Source: an uncultured bacterium (GTDB lineage Bacteria > UBP14 > UBA6098 > B30-G16). Taken from it: a DNA stretch of 49,056 bases. The DNA is taken from contig CBEVQY010000022.1 of assembly GCA_965552135.1 (NCBI GenBank), forward strand, positions 1 through 49,056. Direction: 5' to 3'. Below are positions 8,433-18,659 of the stretch, in pieces; position 1 is the stretch's first letter, and each line of letters begins with the position of its first letter. The position numbers were made by a program, and so were the translations under genes. The notes under the pieces are model-generated. The model was given only the letters and a program-made list of their open reading frames with translations, had not been told where the DNA came from and did not search any database.

Positions 8433-11125
8433 GGTTTTTTTCGCAGGTTTTGCTTTGGGTCTTTGTTGTGGCGTCCTTTGCGCCGTTGCTGCCTCAGGGG
8501 GTCGACAGAGCCGACGTTCCCCTGCCTTTCTCCAACGGCTTTGTGGACCTTTCGCCCGAGGCGTTGACCGTAAACCCTGCGCTCGTCGTGCAGTATGCGA
8601 GCCCCTGGGTTTCGGCAGCCCACAGGAGGATCTTTTGGAGCATAGGGGAGCCGCTTCATCTAAGCTCCATCTCGGCTTTGTACAACACGTGTTGTAGCGG
8701 CGTAGGCGTCGATTTTTCGCTTCTTTCGGCGCCGATGGAGTACCGCTGGTTCGGCAGCGTTTCCCTCTGCCATCGCATAGGCGCGCCCCTTACCCCGACG
8801 ATCGCCGAAAACAGGTGGGGGGTTTTTGTGGGCGTCAATCTTGGCGCCGTGGCGAGAGGATACAGGACAGATGCGTTTGATCTCGCTCAGCCCGATCCCC
8901 TCTTCTTGGGCGCGACGTCGAAGGTTGGCTTTGTCGGCGGCGTTGGGATCGCCTATCGCTGGAGGGGTGGTCAGGTCTTCGCCGGCGCACAGAACCTGAC
9001 CTCGCCTGATATGTCCCTCTCTGGCGGCGATAGGGTTCCGCCGTCGCTGCAGCTTGGGGCAACGCTGCGCTTCGGAACGGCTTTCCTCTGGCTTGTGGGG
9101 CAATATGAGCCGCGCTACGGCGACGTCTGGCTTGATCTCAGCCCGGTGGCTGCAGTGGACTGGCGCGTCCACAAGAAGGTTGCGCTGCAGGGGTTTGTGT
9201 CGTCCCATTCGGTGGGCGCAGGGTTCGTCGTGACGCCAGCCTACGACCGGGGATTTGGCTTCTGCTACAGGCTTTCGTTCCCGCTCGATGGCTTGCGCGT
9301 GCCCTCGCACAGCTTCGGTTTGCAGTTCCGTTTGCCGCCGCCTGCGCCGATCTTCCCAGACGCTAAGCCCCTCGGCTGGATGTTCAGGGGCAGACCGGTC
9401 GTCGGCGAGACGCTTCGGGTGGGCGTTGTAGCCGGCAACGTCGGCAGGTTCAGGGCGCCGCCTATGCCAGTGGCGCTTAAGGCGGGCGACACCGTGATGT
9501 TCGCGCAGGCGCGAAGCCTCTTGCCGGGCGAAAGCGACACCGTTTGGTTCAGCTACCCTGTCGGAAGTGCCGGCGACCATAGGTTCTCGGTCGAAATAAA
9601 CAGGAGGGAGCCGTTCGCCTCCTTAGCCACGACCTTCCTTGAAGCGGACATCCACAACAACGCAAGCTCTGCGGTCTTCCACGTCTTTGCGCCGCCGGAG
9701 CCGGAGCTCCTCGTCCGGCGCGGCGAGCTTAGGCTGATACAGCTCTTCTCCGTGCGCGAGGACGAGCCCCTTGTGCCCATCTTCTTCTTCGACTTCGGCG
9801 ATTCGACCCTGCCTGCCCGCTTTGGACGAACCGTTCGCATCATCGGCGAAAGGCTTCGGCAGAATCCGGACGTTGTGCTCGTTTTATACGGCTACGTCGT
9901 CGAGGGGGAGGACGACGCCCTCGCCTACGCCCGCGCAAGGTCCGTGAAGCGGGCGTTTGTGGGGCTTTTCCCTGAGCTTGAGGGGCGTCTTTTGGTCTCG
10001 ACGACGCACGACGTCCGCAGAAAGCGCGCCAAAAAGGAGAAGTTCCAGGGAACGAGACTTGGGAGACTCTACACCGCTCAGGAGAACCGAAGGGTTGAGC
10101 TTGAGGCTGATGTTGTGGGATTCGACCGCCCCCTTGTCTCATCCGTCGATTCGCTGTCGCCGCAGGCTTTGGATGAGGTCAAGCGATTCCTCGACCGGAA
10201 CGACGAGGTTATACTCGTTGTGAAGGCGCCCACGCTGATCGAGGCTTTGGGCATCAAGGAGAGGCTTTTGGAGCGCATGGGTGAGGTTTACGCGGATCGT
10301 GTATTTTCGCAGCAGGACACGGGCTTTGGGCTTTCGCTTTCCGCCGCGGGGGTGATCTACCGTCCCCCGCTGGTCGTTCAGCCCCGCGAGGGTTACGACG
10401 TCGAGCCCGGGTGGGATAGGGTTGAGCTTGAGATTGTCCCCCGCTCCGAGGCGCCCGTTGTAGAGGCGAGGATATTTGTGATCCGTGGCGTCGACACCGT
10501 TTGGGCTGCCGAGGGGCTTGAGGCGACGTGGGACTGGAGGGTTGACGGCAAGCTCCCTCCGCCGGGGGCAAAATTCAAGGTTTTTGGGCTTGTGCGGGAC
10601 AGCCTTGGTCAGCTGGGGCGCACAAACGAGGCGGAGCTTAGTGTCGTGGTAAGGAACATAAACGAGGTGAAGCAAAGGCTCATACTTTTGCAGTTTGCGT
10701 TTGGTGGCGCAAGGAGCGAATCGGAGTACACCAACGCGCGGATGGAGTACGTTGCGCGCAGGGTTGTGGATCGCATAAGCGCTGGCAACGTCGACGTCGT
10801 CGTTGCCGGACACACCGACACCGTGGGCACGATAAGCGGCAACCAAAAGCTTTCCGTCAAACGCGCTCGGCAGCAGCTTGGTGTGCTGCGGAGGTATCTT
10901 AGGGCTATTTTGGGCTTTTCGACGGACGAAGAGCTCGACGACTGGCTGCGCGCCCACAACGCCACGCTGACGGCTAAAGGCTTTGGAATGAGCCAGCCCT
11001 TCACCATAACGCGCCTTGAGGACGGTCGGGAGGTCCCCGTCTGCGTTGGAGACAACACCCTGCCCGAGGGAAGGATCAAAAACAGGCGCGTCGAGATACT
11101 CTTTTTGCCCAAAAGGGAGCTTTAG
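8429..11125 (+). CDS. Outer-membrane protein: PorP/SprF-like barrel + CARDB-like Ig + two OmpA-like domains
   Basis: Signal peptide; ALTVNPA, DPLF, QNLTSPDMSL, SHSFGLQFR; L.PGESDTV...NN; FFDFG...ENRRVE and GHTDTVG...NQKLS..RA...KNRRVEI; start ATG 8429 overlaps the upstream stop. Confidence 0.75.
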   Translation: MRFFSQVLLWVFVVASFAPLLPQGVDRADVPLPFSNGFVDLSPEALTVNPALVVQYASPWVSAAHRRIFWSIGEPLHLSSISALYNTCCSGVGVDFSLLSAPMEYRWFGSVSLCHRIGAPLTPTIAENRWGVFVGVNLGAVARGYRTDAFDLAQPDPLFLGATSKVGFVGGVGIAYRWRGGQVFAGAQNLTSPDMSLSGGDRVPPSLQLGATLRFGTAFLWLVGQYEPRYGDVWLDLSPVAAVDWRVHKKVALQGFVSSHSVGAGFVVTPAYDRGFGFCYRLSFPLDGLRVPSHSFGLQFRLPPPAPIFPDAKPLGWMFRGRPVVGETLRVGVVAGNVGRFRAPPMPVALKAGDTVMFAQARSLLPGESDTVWFSYPVGSAGDHRFSVEINRREPFASLATTFLEADIHNNASSAVFHVFAPPEPELLVRRGELRLIQLFSVREDEPLVPIFFFDFGDSTLPARFGRTVRIIGERLRQNPDVVLVLYGYVVEGEDDALAYARARSVKRAFVGLFPELEGRLLVSTTHDVRRKRAKKEKFQGTRLGRLYTAQENRRVELEADVVGFDRPLVSSVDSLSPQALDEVKRFLDRNDEVILVVKAPTLIEALGIKERLLERMGEVYADRVFSQQDTGFGLSLSAAGVIYRPPLVVQPREGYDVEPGWDRVELEIVPRSEAPVVEARIFVIRGVDTVWAAEGLEATWDWRVDGKLPPPGAKFKVFGLVRDSLGQLGRTNEAELSVVVRNINEVKQRLILLQFAFGGARSESEYTNARMEYVARRVVDRISAGNVDVVVAGHTDTVGTISGNQKLSVKRARQQLGVLRRYLRAILGFSTDEELDDWLRAHNATLTAKGFGMSQPFTITRLEDGREVPVCVGDNTLPEGRIKNRRVEILFLPKREL

Positions 11126-11133
11126 CCCCTCGG

Positions 11134-13191
11134 TCAGTAGAATCTCGTTATCCTTTTGTGCTTTCTGAAGGGGGCTTTCCGTTTTTTGCGTTCGTCGGGC
11201 AGACCGAGCCGCTTTTGGAGCTCCTTTATCTGATCCCGCAGAAAAGCCGCATACTCGAAATTAAGCTCTTTGGCGGCTTGCTTCATAAGTCTGACGAGCT
11301 CGTCGATCTTGCCCTCCAGCGGGAGGTCGTCGATGTATTCGGGCAGCTTTGGCTTTTTTTCGTCTTTTGTGGAGCGTTCGCGCTCGTCGGCAACGGAGGT
11401 CGTAAGCATTATGTCGCGGACGGACTTCCGGATGGAGCGCGGCTTTATGCCGTGCCTGCGGTTGTACTCCTCTTGAACTTTGCGCCTGCGGTCGGTTTCG
11501 GCGATGGCTTTTGCCATAGCCTCTGTGACCTCGTCGGCGTAGAGTATGACCGTTCCCGCCTCGTGCCTGGCGGCTCGACCGGCTATCTGGATGAGGGAGC
11601 GGTGCGAGCGCAAAAAGCCCTCCTTGTCGGCGTCCATTATCGCCACAAGCGAAACCTCGGGCAGATCAAGCCCCTCCCTCAAAAGGTTTACGCCGACTAA
11701 AACCTCTATGTTTCCCAGCCTCAGATCGCGCAGGATCTCGACACGCTCGAGGGCATCTATCTCCGAGTGCAGGTAGCGGGCTTTTGCGCCGAGGGAGGAG
11801 AAGTAGTCGGCGAGGTCTTCTGCCATCCGCTTCGTGAGCGTTGTGACGAGCACGCGCTCGTTTTTTGCAAGGCGCTTTTTGATCTCGCCCCAGAGGTCCT
11901 CGATCTGCCCTTTTGTGGGTCGAACCTCTATCTTGGGGTCGACGAGACCTGTGGGGCGTATGAGCTGTTCCACGACCTCACCGCCAACGCGCTCAAGCTC
12001 AAAGTCGCCCGGCGTCGCCGAGACGTAAATCGTCTGGGGGCAGAGGGCGTCGAACTCCTCGAAGTAGAGCGGTCTGTTGTCGAGCGCCGAGGGGAGTCTG
12101 AAGCCGTGCTCGATGAGCGTCTCCTTCCTTGATCTGTCGCCCCTGTACATGCCCTTAAGCTGCGGGATCGTGACGTGCGATTCGTCGATGACGACGAGGA
12201 AGTCGTCGGGGAAGTAGTCGAGTAGGCATGAGGGTCTTTCTCCGGGCGCGCGACCGGAAAGATGCCGCGAGTAGTTCTCGATCCCAGGGCAGTAGCCTAT
12301 CTCGAGCATAAGCTCGATGTCGTATCTGGTGCGCTGCTCGAGCCTCTGTGCCTCAAGGAGCTTGCCCATGGAGCGCAGCTCCTTGAGGCGCTCCTCAAGC
12401 TCCTTCTGGATGGACTCCACCGCTTGGAGGAGCGTGGGGCGGTCGGTGACAAAGTGCCTGGCGGGGTAAATCCACACCTCGTCAAGCTCGTCTAAGACCT
12501 CGCCCGTGATGGGGTGCAGGAGGATGATCCTCTCGGGCTCGTCGCCCCAGTATTCGACCCTGACCACGTGCTCCTCGTGGGCGGGGTAGATCTCCACGAC
12601 GTCCCCTCTTGCTCTGAAGGCTCCGCGGTAGAAGTCGATGGGATTTCGGACGTAGTGGATTTCGACGAGTTTGTGCAAAAGCTCGTCTCGGTCGGGACCT
12701 TCGCCCACCTTTATGTGCGCGCAAAGCTTTCTGAAGTCCTTCGGAGAGCCAAGCCCGTATATGCAGCTCACCGACGCCACCACTATCACGTCGCGTCGCG
12801 AAAGTATCGACGAGGTCGCCTTGAGGCGCAGACGATCTATGTCGTCGTTTATGTCGGCGTCCTTCTCGATGTAGGTGTCCGTCTCGGGGATGTACGCCTC
12901 GGGCTGGTAGTAGTCGTAGTAGGATATGAAGTACTCCACCGCGTTTTCGGGGAAGAACTGTTTGAATTCGCCGTAAAGCTGCGCGGCGAGGGTTTTGTTG
13001 TGCGAGATGACGAGCGTTGGCTTCTGCACCCTCTCGATGACGTTGGCGATGGTGAACGTTTTGCCCGAGCCCGTGACGCCCAAAAGAACCTGATACCTCT
13101 TCCCCGAAAGAATTCCCTCCACAAGCTTTTCGATAGCCTGCGGCTGGTCGCCCGTTGGCTTGAAGGGCGCATGTAGCTTAAAGCGTCTCAT
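11134..13191 (-). CDS. uvrB: Excinuclease ABC subunit B
   Basis: [42 protein letters not shown]-terminal UVR domain. Confidence 0.99.
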   Translation of the reverse strand: MRRFKLHAPFKPTGDQPQAIEKLVEGILSGKRYQVLLGVTGSGKTFTIANVIERVQKPTLVISHNKTLAAQLYGEFKQFFPENAVEYFISYYDYYQPEAYIPETDTYIEKDADINDDIDRLRLKATSSILSRRDVIVVASVSCIYGLGSPKDFRKLCAHIKVGEGPDRDELLHKLVEIHYVRNPIDFYRGAFRARGDVVEIYPAHEEHVVRVEYWGDEPERIILLHPITGEVLDELDEVWIYPARHFVTDRPTLLQAVESIQKELEERLKELRSMGKLLEAQRLEQRTRYDIELMLEIGYCPGIENYSRHLSGRAPGERPSCLLDYFPDDFLVVIDESHVTIPQLKGMYRGDRSRKETLIEHGFRLPSALDNRPLYFEEFDALCPQTIYVSATPGDFELERVGGEVVEQLIRPTGLVDPKIEVRPTKGQIEDLWGEIKKRLAKNERVLVTTLTKRMAEDLADYFSSLGAKARYLHSEIDALERVEILRDLRLGNIEVLVGVNLLREGLDLPEVSLVAIMDADKEGFLRSHRSLIQIAGRAARHEAGTVILYADEVTEAMAKAIAETDRRRKVQEEYNRRHGIKPRSIRKSVRDIMLTTSVADERERSTKDEKKPKLPEYIDDLPLEGKIDELVRLMKQAAKELNFEYAAFLRDQIKELQKRLGLPDERKKRKAPFRKHKRITRFY

Positions 13192-13211
13192 AGCTCATCA
13201 CCTCGAACTTG

Positions 13212-13239
13212 AAGATATCAAATTTTTTCGACTTTTCAA
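13212..13239 (-). promoter_or_regulatory. Putative uvrB promoter
   Basis: TTGAAA-N16-TATCTT followed by GAGGTGA SD. Confidence 0.5.
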
Positions 13240-13277
13240 CCGCGGGCTCCGTCCTCGGAGTTCCGAAGCGGCGTGAG

Positions 13278-14210
13278 TTAAACTATCCCCTTGGGGCGGA
13301 GGTGCTTGTTCACGATGGTGCTTACGGCTATTCTGAGCGCGCCGAGGGACACAGAGGGGTCGCACGAGAGAGCGAGCCAGTAATCCTCGAACTCTATCAG
13401 GTGGACGGTTATGTTGTCGAGTTCAATCACTCCGCGGTTCCATTTTCCGAACTCGAGGGCAGAGAAGGCTACAGGCATTGCGTGTTTTAGAGTTCTTAGG
13501 AGCCCTCCGAGTGCTTTTGCGAGGTTTGTGGGGCAGTTTTTGCTTGCTTGGAGGCGGTCGTCGGGGGAGAGGAGGACGACGTCGTTGACGCCGGCGATCG
13601 CCTTGATCATCGCCACGACGCGCATGAGCTTTTCCGCGGGCAGGCGCGGTGCCCTCGTCGGGGGGCGCTTTGGCTCGACCTTTGGCTTCGGCGCTTGTGT
13701 AGGTGGCTTCTGTGGAGCAGCCTTCTCAGCTTTCGGCGGCGCCTCCGCAGCCGGACCCACCGAGCTTGTCGAAACCGCCGAAGGCAAAAGACCCCGGCTC
13801 CTCAAAAACTCTAGAAACTTCTGGGCTCTCACGTCGTCGGCGTGTCTTTCGGCAAGTTTCGTCGCGACGGAGTGGATGCCAGCCATATCGTTGCGCTGCG
13901 CATAAAGCTGCCCCTGCAGGAGTAGCACTCCCACGTCCTCACCGCCGAGGGATACAACTTTTTCCAGCACCGCCTCGGCGTCCTCGTAGTGTCCCATGTC
14001 CATAAGGACGCGTGCGTACGTCATAAGGCAGCCCACGTCGTCGGGGAAAGCTTTCAGGCAGCGGTTGCACGTTGCCTCGGCCTGGTTGAGCTGCCCCGCC
14101 GTCCGGTAGAGATCAGCGAGGCGAGCGAAAAGCTCTGCGTCGGGCTCCGATTCAACCTGACGCTCAAGCTCCAGTATCTGCGAGCGTATGTCGTCGGGCA
14201 GGTCGGGCAT
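13278..14210 (-). CDS. TPR + Pro/Ala/Lys linker + Roadblock/LC7 (MglB-like) protein
   Basis: FARLADLYR..G...A...C TPRs; C-terminal IAGVNDVVLLSPD...LEFGKWNRGVIE...SLGALRIAV. Confidence 0.75.
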   Translation of the reverse strand: MPDLPDDIRSQILELERQVESEPDAELFARLADLYRTAGQLNQAEATCNRCLKAFPDDVGCLMTYARVLMDMGHYEDAEAVLEKVVSLGGEDVGVLLLQGQLYAQRNDMAGIHSVATKLAERHADDVRAQKFLEFLRSRGLLPSAVSTSSVGPAAEAPPKAEKAAPQKPPTQAPKPKVEPKRPPTRAPRLPAEKLMRVVAMIKAIAGVNDVVLLSPDDRLQASKNCPTNLAKALGGLLRTLKHAMPVAFSALEFGKWNRGVIELDNITVHLIEFEDYWLALSCDPSVSLGALRIAVSTIVNKHLRPKGIV

Positions 14211-14212
14211 CC

Positions 14213-15300
14213 TCAGCGAACCTTTTTGAGCTTGACCTCGATGTCGCCACGCTCCGAGCGCAGGCTCACAAACCCGCTTTTCCCCTTAAGCTGCGCCAAG
14301 ACCTCTCTGTCCCTTGCGCCGGGGATGTTGCAGCTAAGCTTGCCCTCCTGCGTTTTAGCCTCAAGCTTCGCCGCGAAGTTCTGCGGCGCAGAAAGCTCGA
14401 TGTCACCCCCCTGCGTCGTCGCCAAAAGGCTTTCGGCAACGTGGTTCGTCGGCTTTATCCTTATCTTGCCCTCGTCGTTTACGAGCTTTGTTACCTCGCC
14501 GAGGTCCCCCTCAAACATTATCTTCCCCGAAAGCGACTCAAGCTCAAGCAGTACAAGCGAGTCGGCTTTTGCCGTCCAGATCAGGTCGCCTGTGGTGCTT
14601 TTGGCGTACACCTTGCCTCTTATGACGTCGCAGAAGCTCAGGTCGGAGTCCTCTCCGTCGTAGAAGAGGCTTCCGCTGAGTTTGCTAACCGAAAGTGCGC
14701 CGTGGCAGGCGGTGAGGAAGAGGTTTCCCTTTATGTCGCCTGCGGTCATCGCGGATGCGTGGTCGGTGGCGAAGTCGAGATCCCCCTCGAAGTCCTCGAT
14801 CACAAGCGTTGTGCGATTGATCTTACCACCACGCTCTGCCCCCGCGGAACCTGGATGTATATATCCGACCAAAGCTTGACGCCTTTGCGGGGGGATATGA
14901 TCATTCTGTGCCCCTGCCAGGTGCCCTCGACGCGTGGGGTGAAAAATCCGCCCATGTCGGGGTAGCAGTAGTAGTTGTACATGTGCATTGGGAAGAGGGT
15001 TTGCAGTCGCAGGGTATCGGGTCGGCGTGTGGCGTTTATCCTGACCATCATAACGAGGCGCCTGCTCAGGATAAGCTCGTCGGCTGCCGCATAGATGCGC
15101 TGCTTCACCACAACGAACGGACCCACCTGGGCGGGGGTGTTTGAGATGTGTATTTCGCCCACGGGGTTTTCGAGCACAACCACCTCGTTTGCGTTCACGT
15201 GCCAGCGCTTCGAGAAGAAGCGCTGGAAGTCGTATTCCTTCGCACCAAGGGCTGCGAGGACGAAAAGCACACCCAGCGCTATGGCGGCTTTAGACGACAT
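14213..15300 (-). pseudogene. Secreted DUF4097/putative-adhesin-like beta-solenoid gene split by a frameshift near 14811
   Basis: ORF 15300-14800 (signal peptide ... DIYIQVPRGQSVVVRS) continues in another frame as TLVIEDFEG...STTGDL...SLSGKI...SERGDIEV; span is 1088 nt, one base short of an intact frame. Confidence 0.7.
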
Positions 15301-15315
15301 GGCGGCATCCCCGAT

Positions 15316-16731
15316 TTAGACTATCCTGAAGTGGTCGACTATGGTGCATCTTCTCGGTCTGACGAAGGTTCTTGCGCTTGTCATACCCTCCCCCGTTGTG
15401 CCGGCGATGGTGAGGGATGTGTATCCTTCGCCTCGGTATCCGAGCCCCGCAAGCGACGGACCGTTTTTGACGAAGATTGTCGCCTTGCACATCTTCGCCA
15501 TCTCCGACAGACGCTCGATGTTGCGGGAGTGCATGACGAATGTGTGTCTGAACCTGTGTTCGGCGATGACCGCAAGCCTCATAGCCTCGCCCACGTCGGG
15601 AACGCGCACTACGGGCAGGACGGGCATAAGCTGCTCCGCCATAACGAGGGGGTGATCCCATCGCGCTTCGAAGAAGAGCAGCGGCGTTTTCTCGTCAACC
15701 TCGATGCCCGCCGCTTTTGCTATGGTCGCCGCGTTCTTGCCAACGAACTTCTTGTTTATGGTTGGGTGACGTTCGCCTGAAGGCTTCGGGTCCTCGGCGA
15801 TGACCATCTTTGTTATCCGCTCTGCGTCTGCGGCGGAGAGGCGGAACGCGCCCAGGGCGCTCATGTGGCTCATAAGCTCGTCGGCAACCGCATCGACGAC
15901 GAAAACCTCCTTCTCGGCGGCGCAGAGCAGGTTGTTGTCGAACGAGGCGCCAACTATTATGTCCCTTGCGGCTTTGGCGATGTCGGCGGTTTCGTCGACG
16001 ACGACGGGAGGGTTGCCCGGACCAGCGCATATCGCCTTTTTGCCGCAGCCCAGTGCAGCCTTAACGACGCCCATCCCGCCCGTGACCACGACGAGGTCGA
16101 CTCCCTCGTGGCGCATCAGGGCGTTTGCCGTCTCGATTGTAGGGTTGGGAACGGATATGATGACGTCCGGCGGTACGCCCACCGACGCCACGGCGTCGCG
16201 CAGGAGGTCCGCTGTGCGTTGGCTTGTGCGCTGCGCCGCAGGGTGCGGCTGAAAGATCACCGAGTTCCCACCCGCAAGCATCGAGATCGCGTTGTTGACG
16301 ATGGTGCTTGGAGGGTTTGTCGAGGGTGTGACCGAAAGGATCACGCCGTAGGGGGCAAGCTCCTCGAGCATGAGGCCGTAGTCGCCGGTAAACGTCCTGG
16401 GCAGGAGGTCTTCCGTTCCGGGGGTCTTTGTCGCCGCAAGGACGACCTTTTCGCGCTTGTCGGGCATTTTGCCCAAACCCGTTTCGGATACGGCGAGTTC
16501 TCCGAGCTCGTCGGCGTGCTTCAGCGCGGTGGCGCGAATGGATTCTATCGCGCGCCTGCGCGCATCAAGACCCTGACGCTGATACTCCTCCTGCGCCCTC
16601 CGAGAGCGCGCAACAAGCTCGTCGAGGTCTGTGGGTGGAGTCTGCTTTTGGGGGTGGATTGCTTCGCGGCTGCCCCCACGCAGTCGCCGCACTACCTCCT
16701 CGACTATACGCTCTATGTCGAGCTCGCCCAT
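15316..16731 (-). CDS. eutE: CoA-acylating aldehyde dehydrogenase (EutE/PduP family) with N-terminal encapsulation peptide
   Basis: TPSTNP, AGPGNPP, SFDNNLLCAAEKE, TIAGTTGEG, RRC; N-terminal DIERIVEEVVRRL. Confidence 0.9.
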   Translation of the reverse strand: MGELDIERIVEEVVRRLRGGSREAIHPQKQTPPTDLDELVARSRRAQEEYQRQGLDARRRAIESIRATALKHADELGELAVSETGLGKMPDKREKVVLAATKTPGTEDLLPRTFTGDYGLMLEELAPYGVILSVTPSTNPPSTIVNNAISMLAGGNSVIFQPHPAAQRTSQRTADLLRDAVASVGVPPDVIISVPNPTIETANALMRHEGVDLVVVTGGMGVVKAALGCGKKAICAGPGNPPVVVDETADIAKAARDIIVGASFDNNLLCAAEKEVFVVDAVADELMSHMSALGAFRLSAADAERITKMVIAEDPKPSGERHPTINKKFVGKNAATIAKAAGIEVDEKTPLLFFEARWDHPLVMAEQLMPVLPVVRVPDVGEAMRLAVIAEHRFRHTFVMHSRNIERLSEMAKMCKATIFVKNGPSLAGLGYRGEGYTSLTIAGTTGEGMTSARTFVRPRRCTIVDHFRIV

Positions 16732-16749
16732 CTCGCTTCCCCCGGTGCC

Positions 16750-17034
16750 TTACTTCTCCTCGGGGAGTTTGGTGGGGAATATTTCGTGTATGTTGGGGTG
16801 GGGTCTTGGGATGACGTGGACGGACACAAGCTCCCCCACTTTTTGTGCGGCGAGGGCGCCGGCTTCGGTGGCGGCTTTACACGCAGCAACGTCGCCGCGG
16901 ATGAGGGCGGTTACATACCCACCGCCTATCTTCTCGTAAGCTACAAGCTTAACCTTCGCCGCCTTTACCATCGCGTCCGCAGCCTCGATAAGCGCAACAA
17001 GACCCTTCGTCTCGATCATGCCCAACGCTTCCAT
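16750..17034 (-). CDS. Bacterial microcompartment hexameric shell protein (EutM/PduA-like)
   Basis: ALGMIETKG...AADAMVKAA...KIGGG...GDVAA...HVIPRPH; SD AGGAGG. Confidence 0.97.
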   Translation of the reverse strand: MEALGMIETKGLVALIEAADAMVKAAKVKLVAYEKIGGGYVTALIRGDVAACKAATEAGALAAQKVGELVSVHVIPRPHPNIHEIFPTKLPEEK

Positions 17035-17072
17035 AACTGTCCTCCTGCGCTGTTGTTCCCCTACAAAGTTAA

Positions 17073-18656
<1,584 letters not shown>

Positions 18657-18659
18657 GCG

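Noticed and set aside
13240..13272. CTCCG-N4-CGGAG hairpin before the uvrB promoter as a terminator
   Set aside because: Short stem and no U-tract
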